DNA of 63,500 nt, filler included, from Collodictyon triciliatum (taxonomy: Eukaryota), in assembly GCA_043381765.1 (NCBI GenBank). It is 17 parts of 17 records of this genome, joined end to end, with 100 filler letters (N's around TTAATTAATTAA, not from the genome) between each part and the next. Parts side by side here need not be neighbours in the genome. Positions count along the whole stretch, not along the records: positions 1 to 3,921 come from JBHJMP010006705.1; positions 4,022 to 7,942 come from JBHJMP010006706.1; positions 8,043 to 11,961 come from JBHJMP010006707.1; positions 12,062 to 15,982 come from JBHJMP010006708.1; 13 more parts are not named here. One strand, written 5' to 3'. The notes under the pieces are model-generated. The model ran no database searches. It had not been told where the DNA came from and saw nothing but the letters and a program-made list of their open reading frames with translations. Shown here in pieces: positions 1 through 13,117 of this stretch; the stretch's first letter is position 1, and each line of letters begins with the position of its first letter. The position numbers and the translations under genes were made by a program.

Positions 1-2701
1 CAATCCCATTCACCATTCGCATAAATATACTAGAAGATAAGTTTGCTTTTGATATGAATGGAGAGAGCATTTCTGTAGAAAGGTGATGATTTTTCATGTC
101 ATTCATACTGTATTGAATCACATCTATCAGAATTGCTTATATTAAGCCCAAAAAATCTTTTAGAGTTCTAGAGAATCAAACCTATATATTTGGGATGCAC
201 TTGTCGAATGGACCAGCAACAAATGCTTGGGAAACAAATATCTCCACAACAAACGAAACTATATTAGAGGTGGATAATTTCATGTTTTACAGATATCAAG
301 AAGATAAATGCACCCAATCTCTTAGTGACTGCAAGGCATCTGTGATTGACCATTTGGAGTGTTCTGCTTTGGGGTATTTTATTGAGTTATGCTATGATGA
401 GATACAAATTGTACCCCTAGATGAAAATAAAATAAAAAATGACCCTTATTTCGTAATCAGCTCAATAGAAGCAAAGTCCATATTCACAGAACCTTTTCAC
501 ATCAATACATGGTCTGGTACGTTAGCTGTGCTTTCTCAATATCCCATGAATATTCACCAGATTCATGTCACTTTCCAATCTAATCAAGTCATTCCTCTCA
601 CCTAGATAATCGAATCAGCTTCAAAAAAGGAGAGCCCTTGGAGTTGAGTGTAAAGCACATTGATATAGAAGATTTTGAGACAGGTCAGTGTTCATTACGA
701 TATGACCCAAAAGAAATAGCCCATAGGGTCCCACCCAGATATTGTTTTTTGTCCTAAATATATTATAAAATATTATAGGTAAGTATAAGTGGGATATTCG
801 AGACCATCATGCTCGCTATGATATCTTGCTCGATCCTATCAGTGAAAGGTTTCATCTTTTTCTATATAAATTGATGGCGCTTGATTTTACAATTAATGGT
901 GAAGAAAATAAATACATTATACATTGTTCACTCAGTTGTCTTCTTCCTTTTTTAGTGGTGCAGTCACAAGTTTTGGTCTTTACTATTTTGATTCAAAAAA
1001 AGCGATCCAAATGGAGTTATCAATCAATATACCAGGGAAGAATCATAACACATTGTACATTCACCTTATCAGCAAGAATGGGACCACCATGGTTTGTTAC
1101 GAAGCCTCTACTTCAGTCACTCACAACATGGACACATACATTCATACATTCATACATTCATTCATACATACATACATACATACATACATACATACATACA
1201 TACATACATACATACATACATACATACATACATACATACATACATACATACATACAGATGAAAGTAATCGACAAATCTGCCCTAAATTCCAAGAAATAAG
1301 ATACCTAATGAATTCAGGATTTCAAGGAAATTCCTCTACCTCTTAAGGATGCGGCTGACCGTAATGAATTACAACTATCTCTGGAATACACCAACACGTC
1401 TGTTAATTTTATGTAATCAATCAGCATGTTGGTCATAATATTTCAACTGTGAATACTATATTTATGTTCATATCTCGCTCCAACCAATAATACGTGTGAT
1501 CTTGTAATTTTACATCGATAGCGAAATAATATTTTTGCTGGACGATGGATTACTGATTGCTATGCCATACCCAAGTATTTTTTTCCAGAATATTAGGAAC
1601 AATTATTATATATTAATTTCATTCCTCTTGCCTTTTAAAAACATTTGTTGTAAATTTTTTATAGACTCTTTTACCGAATATCATTCTGCACTTAAACCAT
1701 TCGTCTCGGTCAGAGTCGCTGAAAGGTGACCACCAAGTGCCATCCAATTATTTATTAATTTTTGCTTTATATTCATTATTTAAATATCTATTAGAGTTTT
1801 TTTTTAATTACCTACCTTGCCCTTCAAGTTCAAATATCAGTTTGAGATTAAAAATACTGATTCAAGTATTTTGCTAAGATTTATATTCCCTATAGCTCCG
1901 TGTTACCTTGGGCTGGAGTTGGTAGCGATCAACTTGATAGGAAATATACTTTGGTGAAGAAATTTTCCTACACTTCGTCCGTGTGTGATGTATTTTTTTA
2001 ATCATTTACATTTACTTTATGGATCTCTAATTCTTTCAAAATAATTACTGGAGGCTGTTTTCTTTACGTCATATCCACTTATAAATTCAATTAAAACCAC
2101 AGGAAAATGAGGGAAAGTATGTATCTTGCTCATCACCTGCTATGCAAATGGACCTGGTCGCGCTATTTGGTTCTTGTTCATACATAACACCCATAAATTC
2201 AAGAAAAAATGCCGCTATCTTGAAGTACTTTCTATCTATCAGGTATACATCATCAGGAGCTGTAGTTTAATTTAAAGCGACATTATATATAGTCGCTCTT
2301 GTCCTTTGTGTCATATGTATAGCCAGCTGCAGATACGTGAAGCGCTTAGGCGTGAGATTTTTTCCAAACCTGGTCGTATGGAGTTGGTGCGACGGGAATG
2401 ATGGTGGCGAGGGGCAGACAGAGGTAGGAGTTTCTAATTCCTCTTTATGGTTTTTTTGCTACGACCACATAGTGTTTATCTGTGCTACTTGCATGCATGA
2501 TTCCTCTGATTAAAATTATGTTTGCTTCTTCTACCCGTTGGATGACCCAGCCCCTAAGTGGTGAGCTTATGAATCTGTATTTTATCCCGTTGCAACCTTC
2601 ACTTTTAATTTTCGATTGAATTTGTACCCTGATCACTTTCTTTGAATTAGGTTGGTTCACAGTGAATGGGGTAAATGAAAGAGAACGAAGCTGGGCATAT
2701 T

Positions 2702-2752
<51 letters not shown>

Positions 2753-3367
2753 GAATTGTATATTGAAAAAATATATGATTTTGAAACCTTTGGAAATGGA
2801 AACCTTTTCTTTCTTTCTTTTTTTTTTAAAAAAAAAAAACGCAACACATAACAGAACGGCTCACGTCATACCGCTAATTACCTCACGGGTGGGGATACAG
2901 CAAGGGAGCGAGACACATCCTCACGAAAAATCATTCATGCTCTCCTTGTCACGAAGTGGAACCCTGAAGTACATAGGTTGAGTGAAAGGTAAACAAAATA
3001 CCTATTGTGCGAAACAAAGAGTGAATACTGGAAAGAGACTTATTAGAAAAAAAAAGTTGTTCGCTCCTTTTTCGATGATTGTGTATATTCTTTTGGAAAA
3101 TGAAACTCTTATGAAGGAATCGATTCTAGTCAACTATTAATTCTCTATTGATTATCTTGCAGTTGCTGCATTTGCCTCAGCGATTACACAAGAGATACGG
3201 ACATTCGCGTCTTGCCTTGCCAACATGTATTTCATCCGCGATGTGTGGACCAGTGGTTTTCCAGAAAAATTGAATGCCCCATGTGCAAGGCAAACATATC
3301 TTTAACTCTGCTCTCAAATACACACACTTCGCGCATCCCGACAGAATCTTTCATAACCCCTGCGTGA
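1..3367 (+). CDS. Multi-exon protein ending in a RING-H2 finger (putative membrane E3 ubiquitin ligase), 5' partial
   Basis: Last exon 3163-3367 encodes CCICLSDYTRDTDIRVLPCQHVFHPRCVDQWFSRKIECPMC (C3H2C3). Upstream GT-AG exons from about 164 to 2975 chain in phase and include a hydrophobic exon (CLSVLLACMIPLIKIMF). The RING is certain; the upstream exon structure is tentative. Confidence 0.7.
1135..1255. repeat. (CATA)n microsatellite, intronic
   Basis: Direct tandem repeat; the same unit occurs at about 21118-21214 and 39953-40084. Confidence 0.95.
2702..2752. repeat. (ATCA)n microsatellite, intronic
   Basis: Direct tandem repeat. Confidence 0.95.
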
Positions 3368-3828
3368 ATCTATTCTGCCATTTTGCTTATTGCGGTCTTG
3401 TGTTTGGGGCTCTTGTACATTAGTTTTTCTCTGGCAAGATGGCGTTACATAAAGTCGCATATCACGTCGCACTTGCTCCTTTTTCTTGTTTCTTTCTCTT
3501 TTTTTTTTTTTCACTCTGCTATCGGTTGTATTGCTTTACCCCGCTATTCGATTATACCTAGAAATAAAGCACGATGGCAGTATACACCGAGATATATGCA
3601 TGCAATCGCTCAAATGCCTTTTTCTTTTGTTCGCATATCATACAAATTATTATATCTGAATATGTGTCTCGTCGTGAGGGAAGCAGATGGTGTTGCACGT
3701 CGCACCGTATCTAGTCCCTATGGGTGTTTAATATCTAATTAAATTTATGATTTTTGTTTGTTTTTCTTTGTCTTTTATTTTGTTTTTTGTTAATTTTTTT
3801 TTTGCGTTTTTTGTTTTTTGTGTTTTGC

Positions 3829-3905
<77 letters not shown>

Positions 3906-3921
3906 TTTTTGTTTTTTTTTT

Positions 3922-4021
3922 NNNNNNNNNNNNNNNNNNNNNNNNNNNNNNNNNNNNNNNNNNNNTTAATTAATTAANNNNNNNNNNNNNNNNNNNNNNN
4001 NNNNNNNNNNNNNNNNNNNNN
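3922..4021. other. Artificial contig linker N44-TTAATTAATTAA-N44 (first of 16)
   Basis: The identical 100-nt cassette with stops in all six frames recurs at 7943, 11962, 15983, 20001, 24017, 28034, 32050, 36065, 40085, 44098, 48110, 52121, 56130, 60139 and 61920. True scaffold N gaps lie at about 14376-14862, 19013-19444, 24575-24680 and 44878-45281. Confidence 0.98.
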
Positions 4022-7000
4022 TCCCTCGAGGGTGGCTCGATTTCAACGACACAAAGTATCGAACCATACAGTTATGCATCTGGGTTTATGCAATTGGCCT
4101 GCTTTTTCATGAACTTCAAAGAATTATATCCACTCGCCATCTTTATTTTTATGATGGATGGAATATATTCGACCTTATATTTATGTTCAGCATGTATGCA
4201 GTTATTGCAATCGAACTATACATCTACTCCTTGAATTCTTATCCGGATGACGCCACATTAGATGAAAAATTTGCTGACTTTGCTTCATCCGTTTTTATCC
4301 ACGAGTTCCTCACAAAATTGTTATCTGGTTTCGTGTTTTTTGCTTGGTTGAGGTTGCTTATGTATCAGCGAATTCACCCAGAACTTGGACCAATGCAAAT
4401 TATTGTATATGCGATGTGTGTGGATGTCGTAAGGTTTCTCTTTTTCCTAGTCATATTTTTGATGGGATTCTCTTTTGGCTTTTACGCAATTTATGCGACT
4501 TACTTGAGAAACGATGCGAATATGATCAACACAATCGGAAACCTGATTTTATATCTTTTCGGTACAACGGACTTTGACAACATCAACCAATACGACCCTC
4601 TCTTCGGTCCGTCCTATTATTATATCTATATGGTTGTGTGTGCAATTATGTTGCTCAATTTTCTGATTGCTATTCTATCCGGCACTTACGAAAACACACG
4701 CGATTTATCTGAGAAGCAGTACCGAAAGCTTTTCGCGGATGTTGTTCTTGCCTTGGACATGGCACCATTTCCACCTCCAATTAATCTACTCAGGCCTCTG
4801 TATCTCTTGATAGAAAGCTGGTGGAAGGCAAGACTGCATTATTATCCGATGTTGTGGACATTTACGAATTTAGATGCAGGCATTTCCCTCATAGTGCCTA
4901 TCCCAAATCTTAGGAAATTGTATTCATACCCAAGTAAAATACCTCCTCCGATTTTGTGTACCAAAATTGACGACTTGACATTCTGCCTGGGCTCGTTTGT
5001 CTTTGGCATATTCATCGTGCTGACTTGCCCTCTACATTTTGCATTTAAGAAATCAAATCCTACGATTCTCCAGAATGTGGAAATATTTGTGTCAATTATG
5101 TCACTAACAATACTTCATATCATTTGGCTGGCAACTCTCCCATTGTGGGGTGTTTTATGGAGCTCAAAAGCACTTATGTTTTACGTCAGAGACGCGGTTA
5201 ACTATATGAAAACATGGAAAGAGAAGGTTGGTTTTTTTTCTTTTTTTTCTTTTTAGAATTTTTTTTAGTGGGCTTGTTACTCTTATTTATCAAACTGATC
5301 ACCAGTGTAATTCTTTTTTTCTTTTCTTTTCTTTTTCTTTTCTTTTTCATTTTTCATTTTCTGGTAAATAAAATACATTATCCAAATGCAGAAAAAAGCA
5401 GCGCAAGAGGAGGAAGCTATATGTATGAATATATTTATTTTTCGTATATTTATTCAGAGTTTCATTCACATTTATTTTAAAAACAACCCGCACGATTGTC
5501 GAAGCAAATCGAATTTAAATCCCACGAATTTTCCTTCATTCATATCATAGTATAGGTATGTAACGTTTTGTGATTTAATGACTCATGATTTAAACCTTTT
5601 CTCTAATAAGTTGAGGATGAAGAGGAGGAGGATGAAGTCGAAGAGGAGGACGAAGATATAACGGAAAATGAGCAGCATGATGAAGTGGAGCAATTTTATG
5701 ATGAAAATGAGAATGCTGAGTACGAAGAGGTGCCTATCAACATCAGAGATAAATCAAACTTACCGAATGGTGTGATAGACATAACTGTTTCTGCTCAAAA
5801 AGAGGGCTATGGTGTGTATCGGCTGTTCCAACCTTTCTCAAGTGATGCAGGTCATCATGATTTTGAAGTTTATGTATGCAGTCCGTTCGTATCTGTAGGA
5901 TTAATTCACATGAGGGAAGACCCTTCCAAGATTCCAGGTCTCTGCTCAAACTCCATCGCTTACGACCCTTTGTCAGGAAAGATTTTTGTTGAAGGAAAGG
6001 TTGTTGAAGAGGTGAAGTGTGAGGACTGGAACAAAATCGGCCAGAAAGTAAAACTGACAGCTGACTACGATACTTGCAGTGTCATATTCGAGACTCAAGG
6101 ATTCAAAAAGTCAGTTCACTTCTCTGGGCTCGATAGACCAGGTATGTGCATGGCTATTGGACTTGTTGGACCGAGAGCAAGTGCAAAAATATGCAAAACG
6201 TACTACAAAAGCCTTAATCTCTGGGATACGAATCGGCTTTCAAAAAATAGCAACCAGAAACTAGCAGGAAATAGACAAACGATTGGCACAGAAACTGAGA
6301 TGCAGGAGATGGGTGGTGAAATACAAGATAGTTCTCATGAAACTATATTATCACCCAAACCTGTTTTGTTTGTTGCGAACGGGATGTCATGTTTTTCTCT
6401 AATTCCAATATTCGGCGCTGCCATTCACAACGGTGGAACTGGGTCAGGAGCGATTATGGGGCAACGAGTCATCCAAACATCATCTAAAATCTCTCTTTTC
6501 TATACGGTGCATAATGCAGGTAATACGGGCTATGTCGTTGTAGGGATAACAAAGCGCACAAATGAGATTGATGAGGAGCCAGGAAAGAGCATCGACTCGA
6601 TTGGTGTTCGGGTAGACTTAAACCGGAAAAAAGTTGTTGTATTGGGTCTCATGGGAGAGTAAGCTGTCCCTTTTGTTTTGTTTTCTTTTCTTTTCAACTA
6701 GTGCTCAAATATGTTGCTATTGCCAACTTCTTACTAACAACACATTTGAATCATCAAATCATTTTCTTGTTCACAGCCGCCAGTACTCTTTGAATGCCCC
6801 GTTCTATCCTCTGCCTGTGGGTACGACGGTCGATGTCGCCATCCATTTCGACTTTGTTGGTGAAAATGCGATGATTTCAATGAACGATATGGTGCTCCAG
6901 CGAATGAGCCTCCAGCTACCTAAGGAGTTGCCCAAGGACTTGGTTCCCGTTGTTTATCTGAATTCCAAGGGTCAGTATGTCGAGGCAAGTGAAGCAGCCT

Positions 7001-7257
7001 ATCCCAACTGGGTTGTCCAGCAGAGTCAATACATGGCCAAAATGAGTCGTGAGGCGAAGCCAGTGTCCCTTGAAAAACTACAGGAGATTGCTGCAACGAC
7101 AAGTTCTGGTACGCTCGAAAACACCGTAACAAAAACAAGTATCTTCAAGCGCTTCTTTGACTCGGAGCTGTGGAGGAAATCCCATGGAGATGAGGATGCC
7201 AGCGATGAGGAAGGGATAGACGTATCAAATGGGGATACATCAAACATGGATGAATAG
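4022..7257 (+). CDS. TRP-like cation channel with extra hydrophobic segments and two C-terminal SPRY/B30.2-like domains, 5' partial
   Basis: S4-S5 linker WLRLLMYQRIHPELGPMQIIVYAMCVDVVRFLFFL, pore LYLFG, S6 IMLLNFLIAILSGTY and TRP-box-like YRKLFADVVLALDMAPFPPPINLL. Exons 4022-5226, 5392-5422, 5611-6658 and 6777-7257 join in phase. SPRY-like motifs: VSVGL..PSKIPGLCSNSIAYD..SGKIF and YVVVGIT..EEPGKSIDSIG..VGTTVDVAIHF..LVPVVYL. Confidence 0.8.
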
Positions 7258-8042
7258 TCGACGATAAATAAACATATATAAATCACATCAATGCGACATT
7301 TATTTCTATTAGAAAAGCACCGATATTGTTTGTGTGAATTCAGTCCACCGATGTTCTGTAGATGTAAATCTTCACTTTCATCCTATTAGTTAAGTTTATT
7401 TATAAATAAATACATAATGGAAACATATGCGCACAGCATGAAGCCTTTCTAAGGCCAAAGTAGTTTTAACTTTCACGATTTGGCGGTTGTAAACATCGAT
7501 AAAGGAGAAAGTGGCAGCGCCAAGCCGCCCGCCGCCCCACGAAGAAACTGTCCCTTGCACCCTTATGTGTCCAGATTTGGATATGATGTCCAGATTAGGG
7601 TGTCGAATTCAAACAGCCCTCGATCCCCAACAACATTCCCAAGAGCGCCCTGTGCAACATCATCGTGACAGGCCAAAGCGCGTGGTGAAGGTTGGTCTTG
7701 GATGCGGGGCAGATCAAAGCAGCGATCGACCTTTCTTTCCAAGGCAACAGCAGACCCAACCCTGTCCCGAACTCATTATTCTTGATTCTATGTTGCCAAA
7801 ACCTTCTCCCTCATTGTTTTCCTTTCAGTACCAAGGCATGAGCGAGCAAGCACCGACCCGCCATCTGTTGCGAAAGCCAGAAGGTAACTGGCCACCCACC
7901 TCTATGTGTTGCCTGGCCTTTTCGCGTTAATTGCTAAGGCAANNNNNNNNNNNNNNNNNNNNNNNNNNNNNNNNNNNNNNNNNNNNTTAATTAATTAANN
8001 NNNNNNNNNNNNNNNNNNNNNNNNNNNNNNNNNNNNNNNNNN

Positions 8043-8165
8043 AATAACAATAATAATAACAATAATAATAACAATAATAATAACAATAATAATAACAATA
8101 ATAATAACAATAATAATAACAATAATAATAACAATAATAACAACAATAATAACAATAAATAACAA
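8043..8165. repeat. (AATAATAATAAC)n repeat at contig end
   Basis: Direct tandem repeat. Confidence 0.9.
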
Positions 8166-8221
8166 TAAATAACGAAATGAAAGGCGAGAGTAATCTAGCA
8201 ACAGTCGCCCAGCAAATATAC

Positions 8222-8428
8222 TTTGACAGCCCCGTCAACCGCCTCGTCCACGGGTAACTGACACTGCTTCACTTCGGACGAGTAAAACTCAAAGTTGCGG
8301 ATGGCATCTTCGGGTCGCTCTTCCAGGAACTTCTGGACAAGTCCCGAGATGTGCTCATACAAGCTCTGGCCAGTCGGGTCGATCTGATGAAGGAAGCCCT
8401 GTGCTTCGGCGTATGCTTTGCTGCTCAT
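8222..8428 (-). CDS. RSPH4/6: Radial spoke head protein 4/6 family, first exon (3' partial)
   Basis: AQGFL..GQSLYEHISGLVQKFLEERPEDAIRNFEFYSSEVK matches the conserved N-terminal motif of RSPH4A/6A; a GT donor follows at 8221. Confidence 0.8.
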
Positions 8429-9146
8429 GAGACTTGGGTCGCTTGGTGGTGGTTGCCTATTTGACGATGCAGGGTTCTTCTGATTCGCCTTGCGGTTTCT
8501 TTCTTACTTTGATCTCTTCCTTTGGTGCTCTTGTGAACAGCTACTTTTTTTTTTGATTCTCGTTAGACTTCCGCTCGAGAAGAACTGTGTTCATGACAGA
8601 AGAACAAATGCTCGTGTTCGGGTGAGTGTCTCTCGAACGGAACTTGAGGCGAGTTTCTTCGAGACTGCTTGTGTGTTTCTTTGTTGCGGTCTTGCACATC
8701 ACCTGCTGATCCGATCAATACCGATTCTGCACAGACTCGCAGCCATCACAATGATCACTCAACGAACCCAACGGAAGTTACAAAACAATATCTATATTAG
8801 GCTCTATTCTGATAAAATCATTCCACAACAGATTCGTCGTTGGCAGTTACAATCAAGGGCGGAGTGCAGCATCACTTACATCTCAAATTATCACCACACC
8901 ATGAAAATAATAATAATAATAATCGCTTGCATTCCTCCATCGCCAGCAGCTTGATTGGCATTCAAATGAGTTGACAGGCGGGAAAGGTTCGGAAGGCTGA
9001 TCTGTCCTTTCCACCACACGAACACAAAGAGTCAAGCCACACGGCAGATATTATGATGAAGGACAACCTATCTTCCCGTCCAACTTACATCCACGTCTTC
9101 TTGCTCTTTGTCGTCTTCGGCTTGACTTTGTCTCCAACACAAAGAC

Positions 9147-11501
9147 ATGGGTCACGTCTGTATAGTCGGTGCCGGGCTGGCGGGGCTGAGCGCTGCGCTG
9201 AGTCTCGCTCGAAGCTTCCCAAGCGCCGCAAAGAGCGAGTCGTCAAGAAGGCTTCTAATCAGCGTTGTCGAAGCGGCTGCAGAGATTGGAGGCCGGGCAA
9301 ACACGCAGGTGATAGAGGGTGCACTGATCGATCACGGGGCGCAGTGTTGGAAGATCGACGCAGAGAAAGTGCGTGAGTTTGGACTTGAGCAAGAGCTCTG
9401 TGAGATAAAAAAGTATGTTCTTCAAAGGCCTTCTTTAACCATTTTTTTCTTCCTTCTCTTCATCTTTTTCCTTTTGCCCTTGGTTGCTTATAATTTTATA
9501 TGCCCGATACTGTATTGCAAACAAATGTCCAAAATATCGCGCCGCTTCCACAATTCATCTAGTACCTTTCTGCTTATATTATAATGACCATCAGATACAG
9601 GCAGCTTAATTACATATGTTTGGATTTAATGTAAAGGAAAACCCACCAAGGTTATTCCTGTTTTTCATGAAACATACGCGCAATATCCAGGCCTGTCTAT
9701 GTTTTCGACGAAGATGCTTTGGTTAGACCAGGCGATCCGTCTCAAGAAACAACCACAAAATATACATATCCTACTGGAATACAATCAATAGGTATGATTT
9801 CCTTTCAATTTTTTTTTCGATATCAAGGTCAAATGATTCATATACACTGAATAGCATTCTATCAACACACCATGTTTCATATGGTAGTATATACCTTCAG
9901 TCAGTTATTCCTCGTGAAGTACCAACTTTTGACGTATAGCTCACAAAATATACCGCTCGGTTGTTATGGAACGTAAGGAAAAGGAGATTGGCCTCTCCCT
10001 TAGACTTAATACATACGCCTCCAGCATCGAGGAGCACGAACCAAAGGTATATACCTGTTTCCTAGGCTAATATTATTTTTCCTGATTTTCATACAACCTC
10101 TTTCACTCAGATCCAGTTAAAATTTGTTTTACATCAACTTTATTTTTAACCTAGGATGGAACACCCCAATTCAGTCTACATGATTCCAACGGACACATAA
10201 TACTCCACGCTGATTACTTGGTTCTTTCTCAACCTGCTCCTTTGGTTAGTTAATTAAATTTAGAGAGTTAATTTTACTCCTGCAAAAAAAAAAAAAAAAA
10301 CCCACCCATTACTAATGTAGTTCGTCCAACTTTTATGACTCTTATCTTCAGGCTTTACAACTCATTGAGAACAGTCGAAACATCAAACTTGGCGATGAAG
10401 CGGTCACTGAATTAAGGAAAGTTAGATATCGAAAAGCGATCTCTATAGCCTTCTGTTGCACAGAAAAAAGGTCATATGACTACAATATTATACAAACTTA
10501 GAATCTAATTTGGTCCATTACCTATGCTGTCGTTACCACAGACCACCGCGTTAATTAGGGTTATGATATAAATGGGTCGAAATTCAATGTTTTAGTGTGT
10601 CCCTCCCTTGGTATGCGGCAGTCAATATTGATCGAAAGCATCCTATCAGGTACATTACAAGTTTCATACTATATGTATCCCACCTACCTATTAAGTGTTA
10701 TTTTATGCGACTCGCCTAAAAATATTGTTGTTACTTTAATCGAAAATATTATCATATGATTCAAAACTATTTTACATGCCATTTTTCACATATTCATTGC
10801 GCATCTCTATGTGAACTAAATCAGTTGGCTAGCTATCGAAAGCGAAAAGCCGTCTCGAATTGAGGGAAACAGAGTAATTTCTTTTAATCTTAAAAATTGA
10901 AACTTCAAAACGAAATTGATAATTCTAAATTTTTCAAATTATACAATCACATGACAGTATATTGATGACTCATATGAAAGGGCAATAAAAACCTGTTAAC
11001 ATCTTCGAAAATGTAGTCTTTGTTCATCGCACAAATGTCTCCGGCCTACAGCGAACAAAATTGGGATGCCGTAACCTCAGGATTATTCTCCTGCAAACAA
11101 GTAGATAAACTTTCTTTCCATGTCATTTTTTTTTTTTTGCAAGTTATATTTTTCAATTTAATTAATAATGATTGTAATTATGTTGTGAGTTTATTATGAA
11201 ATTTAATGGCGAATTAATTGCAATCTAGCGAGAAACATCCATGGAATTATCGAAGGAGTTAGACGATATCAAATCGCAATCTGAATCCATTCTCGGTATG
11301 TACACACAAGAGCAAAACATCGCATCCTGAATATACATTATATCCTAATGGCGGGTGCGTTACCATCTCTCTCGACAACCAATTCAAGGTAGTAGAATGG
11401 GCTTGATTGAATGGGTACACGTCTTTAAGTGGCCTTACGCGCTTCCATATTTGAACCCTGATAACTTGGCAGATTTTCGTGTCCTGAACAAGCTCCGACA
11501 T
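9147..11501 (+). CDS. Renalase-like FAD-dependent oxidoreductase, multi-exon, 3' partial
   Basis: Rossmann motif VCIVGAGLAGLSAA, IGGRA and DHGAQ; later exons encode ELRKVRY, WLAIESEKPSR and WPYALP. Confidence 0.8.
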
Positions 11502-11569
11502 GTTCGTATCCTATCTAATTAGACGCAAAGACCGAATATTCTCATATTACCAAATGAAATGAATGGTTT

Positions 11570-11961
11570 AATAATAGTAATAATAGTAATAATAGTAATA
11601 ATAGTAATAATAGTAATAATAGTAATAATAGTAATAAATACAATAATAAATAATAATAATAAATATAATAATAAATATAATAATAATAAATATAATAATA
11701 ATAAATACAATAATAATAAATATAATAATAATAAATACAATAATAAATATAATAATAGATACAATAATAAATACAATAATAAATACAATAATAAATACAA
11801 TAATAAATACAATAATAAATGCAATAATAAATACAATAATAAATACAATAATAAATACAATAATAAATACAATAATAAATACAATAATAAATACAATAAT
11901 AAATACAATAATAAATACAATAATAAATACAATAATAAATACAATAATAAATATAATAATA
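11570..11961. repeat. Compound (AATAATAGT)n / (AATAATAAATAC)n repeat
   Basis: Direct tandem repeats running into the contig end. Confidence 0.9.
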
Positions 11962-12064
11962 NNNNNNNNNNNNNNNNNNNNNNNNNNNNNNNNNNNNNNN
12001 NNNNNTTAATTAATTAANNNNNNNNNNNNNNNNNNNNNNNNNNNNNNNNNNNNNNNNNNNNTTT

Positions 12065-12096
<32 letters not shown>

Positions 12097-12181
12097 GTTT
12101 CTTAAAAAAACAACTAATGCAAAAAAAAAAAATTTCCTATTATTTTTTTTGTTACATCCTCGATGTTTCACTGTTCCCTAG

Positions 12182-12304
12182 GTCATCGAGAAATCCAGCA
12201 CCAAAGGGTTAATCTGCTGCTTGTTTCTTTGCATCATTATTTTCGTTGTACTTGCTGCAACCAAGTGGGGTTGCACCATATTCAAGAGCAAGAATGAGTG
12301 TTGA
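12182..12304 (+). CDS. Terminal exon of a tail-anchored protein, possibly a Q-SNARE
   Basis: After a CCTAG acceptor: VIEKSSTKGLICCLFLCIIIFVVLAATKWGCTIFKSKNEC*, a C-terminal TM helix preceded by basic residues. Confidence 0.45.
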   Translation, partial: VIEKSSTKGLICCLFLCIIIFVVLAATKWGCTIFKSKNEC

Positions 12305-12608
12305 TTCCCATTTCACTTGGCTTCAAACAAAGCACAGAAATCGATTCAAGTCGAACAGCCAAAATTTAGATTTTATGAACCTTAAGAAAATAAAACAACA
12401 CACACACACACACACACAAAAAAAAAGAAGAAAAAAGACGAGATAAAATTGAACCAGATACACCAACTACCCTGAAATACCTTCCAGGGGTTGTGTTTGT
12501 TTAGGTCTTCCCAAGTCTGTGGTCTTTTTCTATTTCTCTGCGTTTTTTTTTTTTTTTTTTACTTTGACACTAGTTTTATTATCTCGACATGTCCTCTGCA
12601 GGATTACA

Positions 12609-13053
12609 TTATTGAACCCTCTCGAACTTGACGTTCATCTTGACACCTGCGTCATGGAAGAGAGCAGCAACAGGGCAACGCTCCTGAGTCTACCAACACC
12701 AAGGCATCGAGTTGAGAACCAAGCTGGATAGAACCTGAGGGCGGTATAAATGAAGAAAGAATGAGCCAAATAATGGTTTCCTTACCATCTTCACCAGCTC
12801 GGCCACTTGTTCATCAGTCGCGTCTGTCTTTATCTTGGCGATGATGCTGACTCTCTGAAAACGCGGAGTAACGCCAGGAATCCCCATCATCCCACGCAAG
12901 TCTATTTAATTTCCCAAGAAACGTTTAATATAATCTTTAAAAGTGTCAGAACAAATGCATATGACACACATCCCAACTTCGGCACTTTTTGCCCTTTTGC
13001 AAATCACCTTGTTATGGTCCCAATAACAGGAACCATACCGCGGATACCCCTCT

Positions 13054-13117
<64 letters not shown>

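Noticed and set aside
11506-11513. GTATCCTA as a second U12 donor in the renalase-like gene
   Set aside because: An alternative GT lies at 11502 and the intron 3' end is off-contig, so it cannot be tested.
11519-12017. Long poly-L/Y/N/F ORFs and ORFs containing X runs throughout the track
   Set aside because: These are translations of microsatellites, homopolymers and N gaps.
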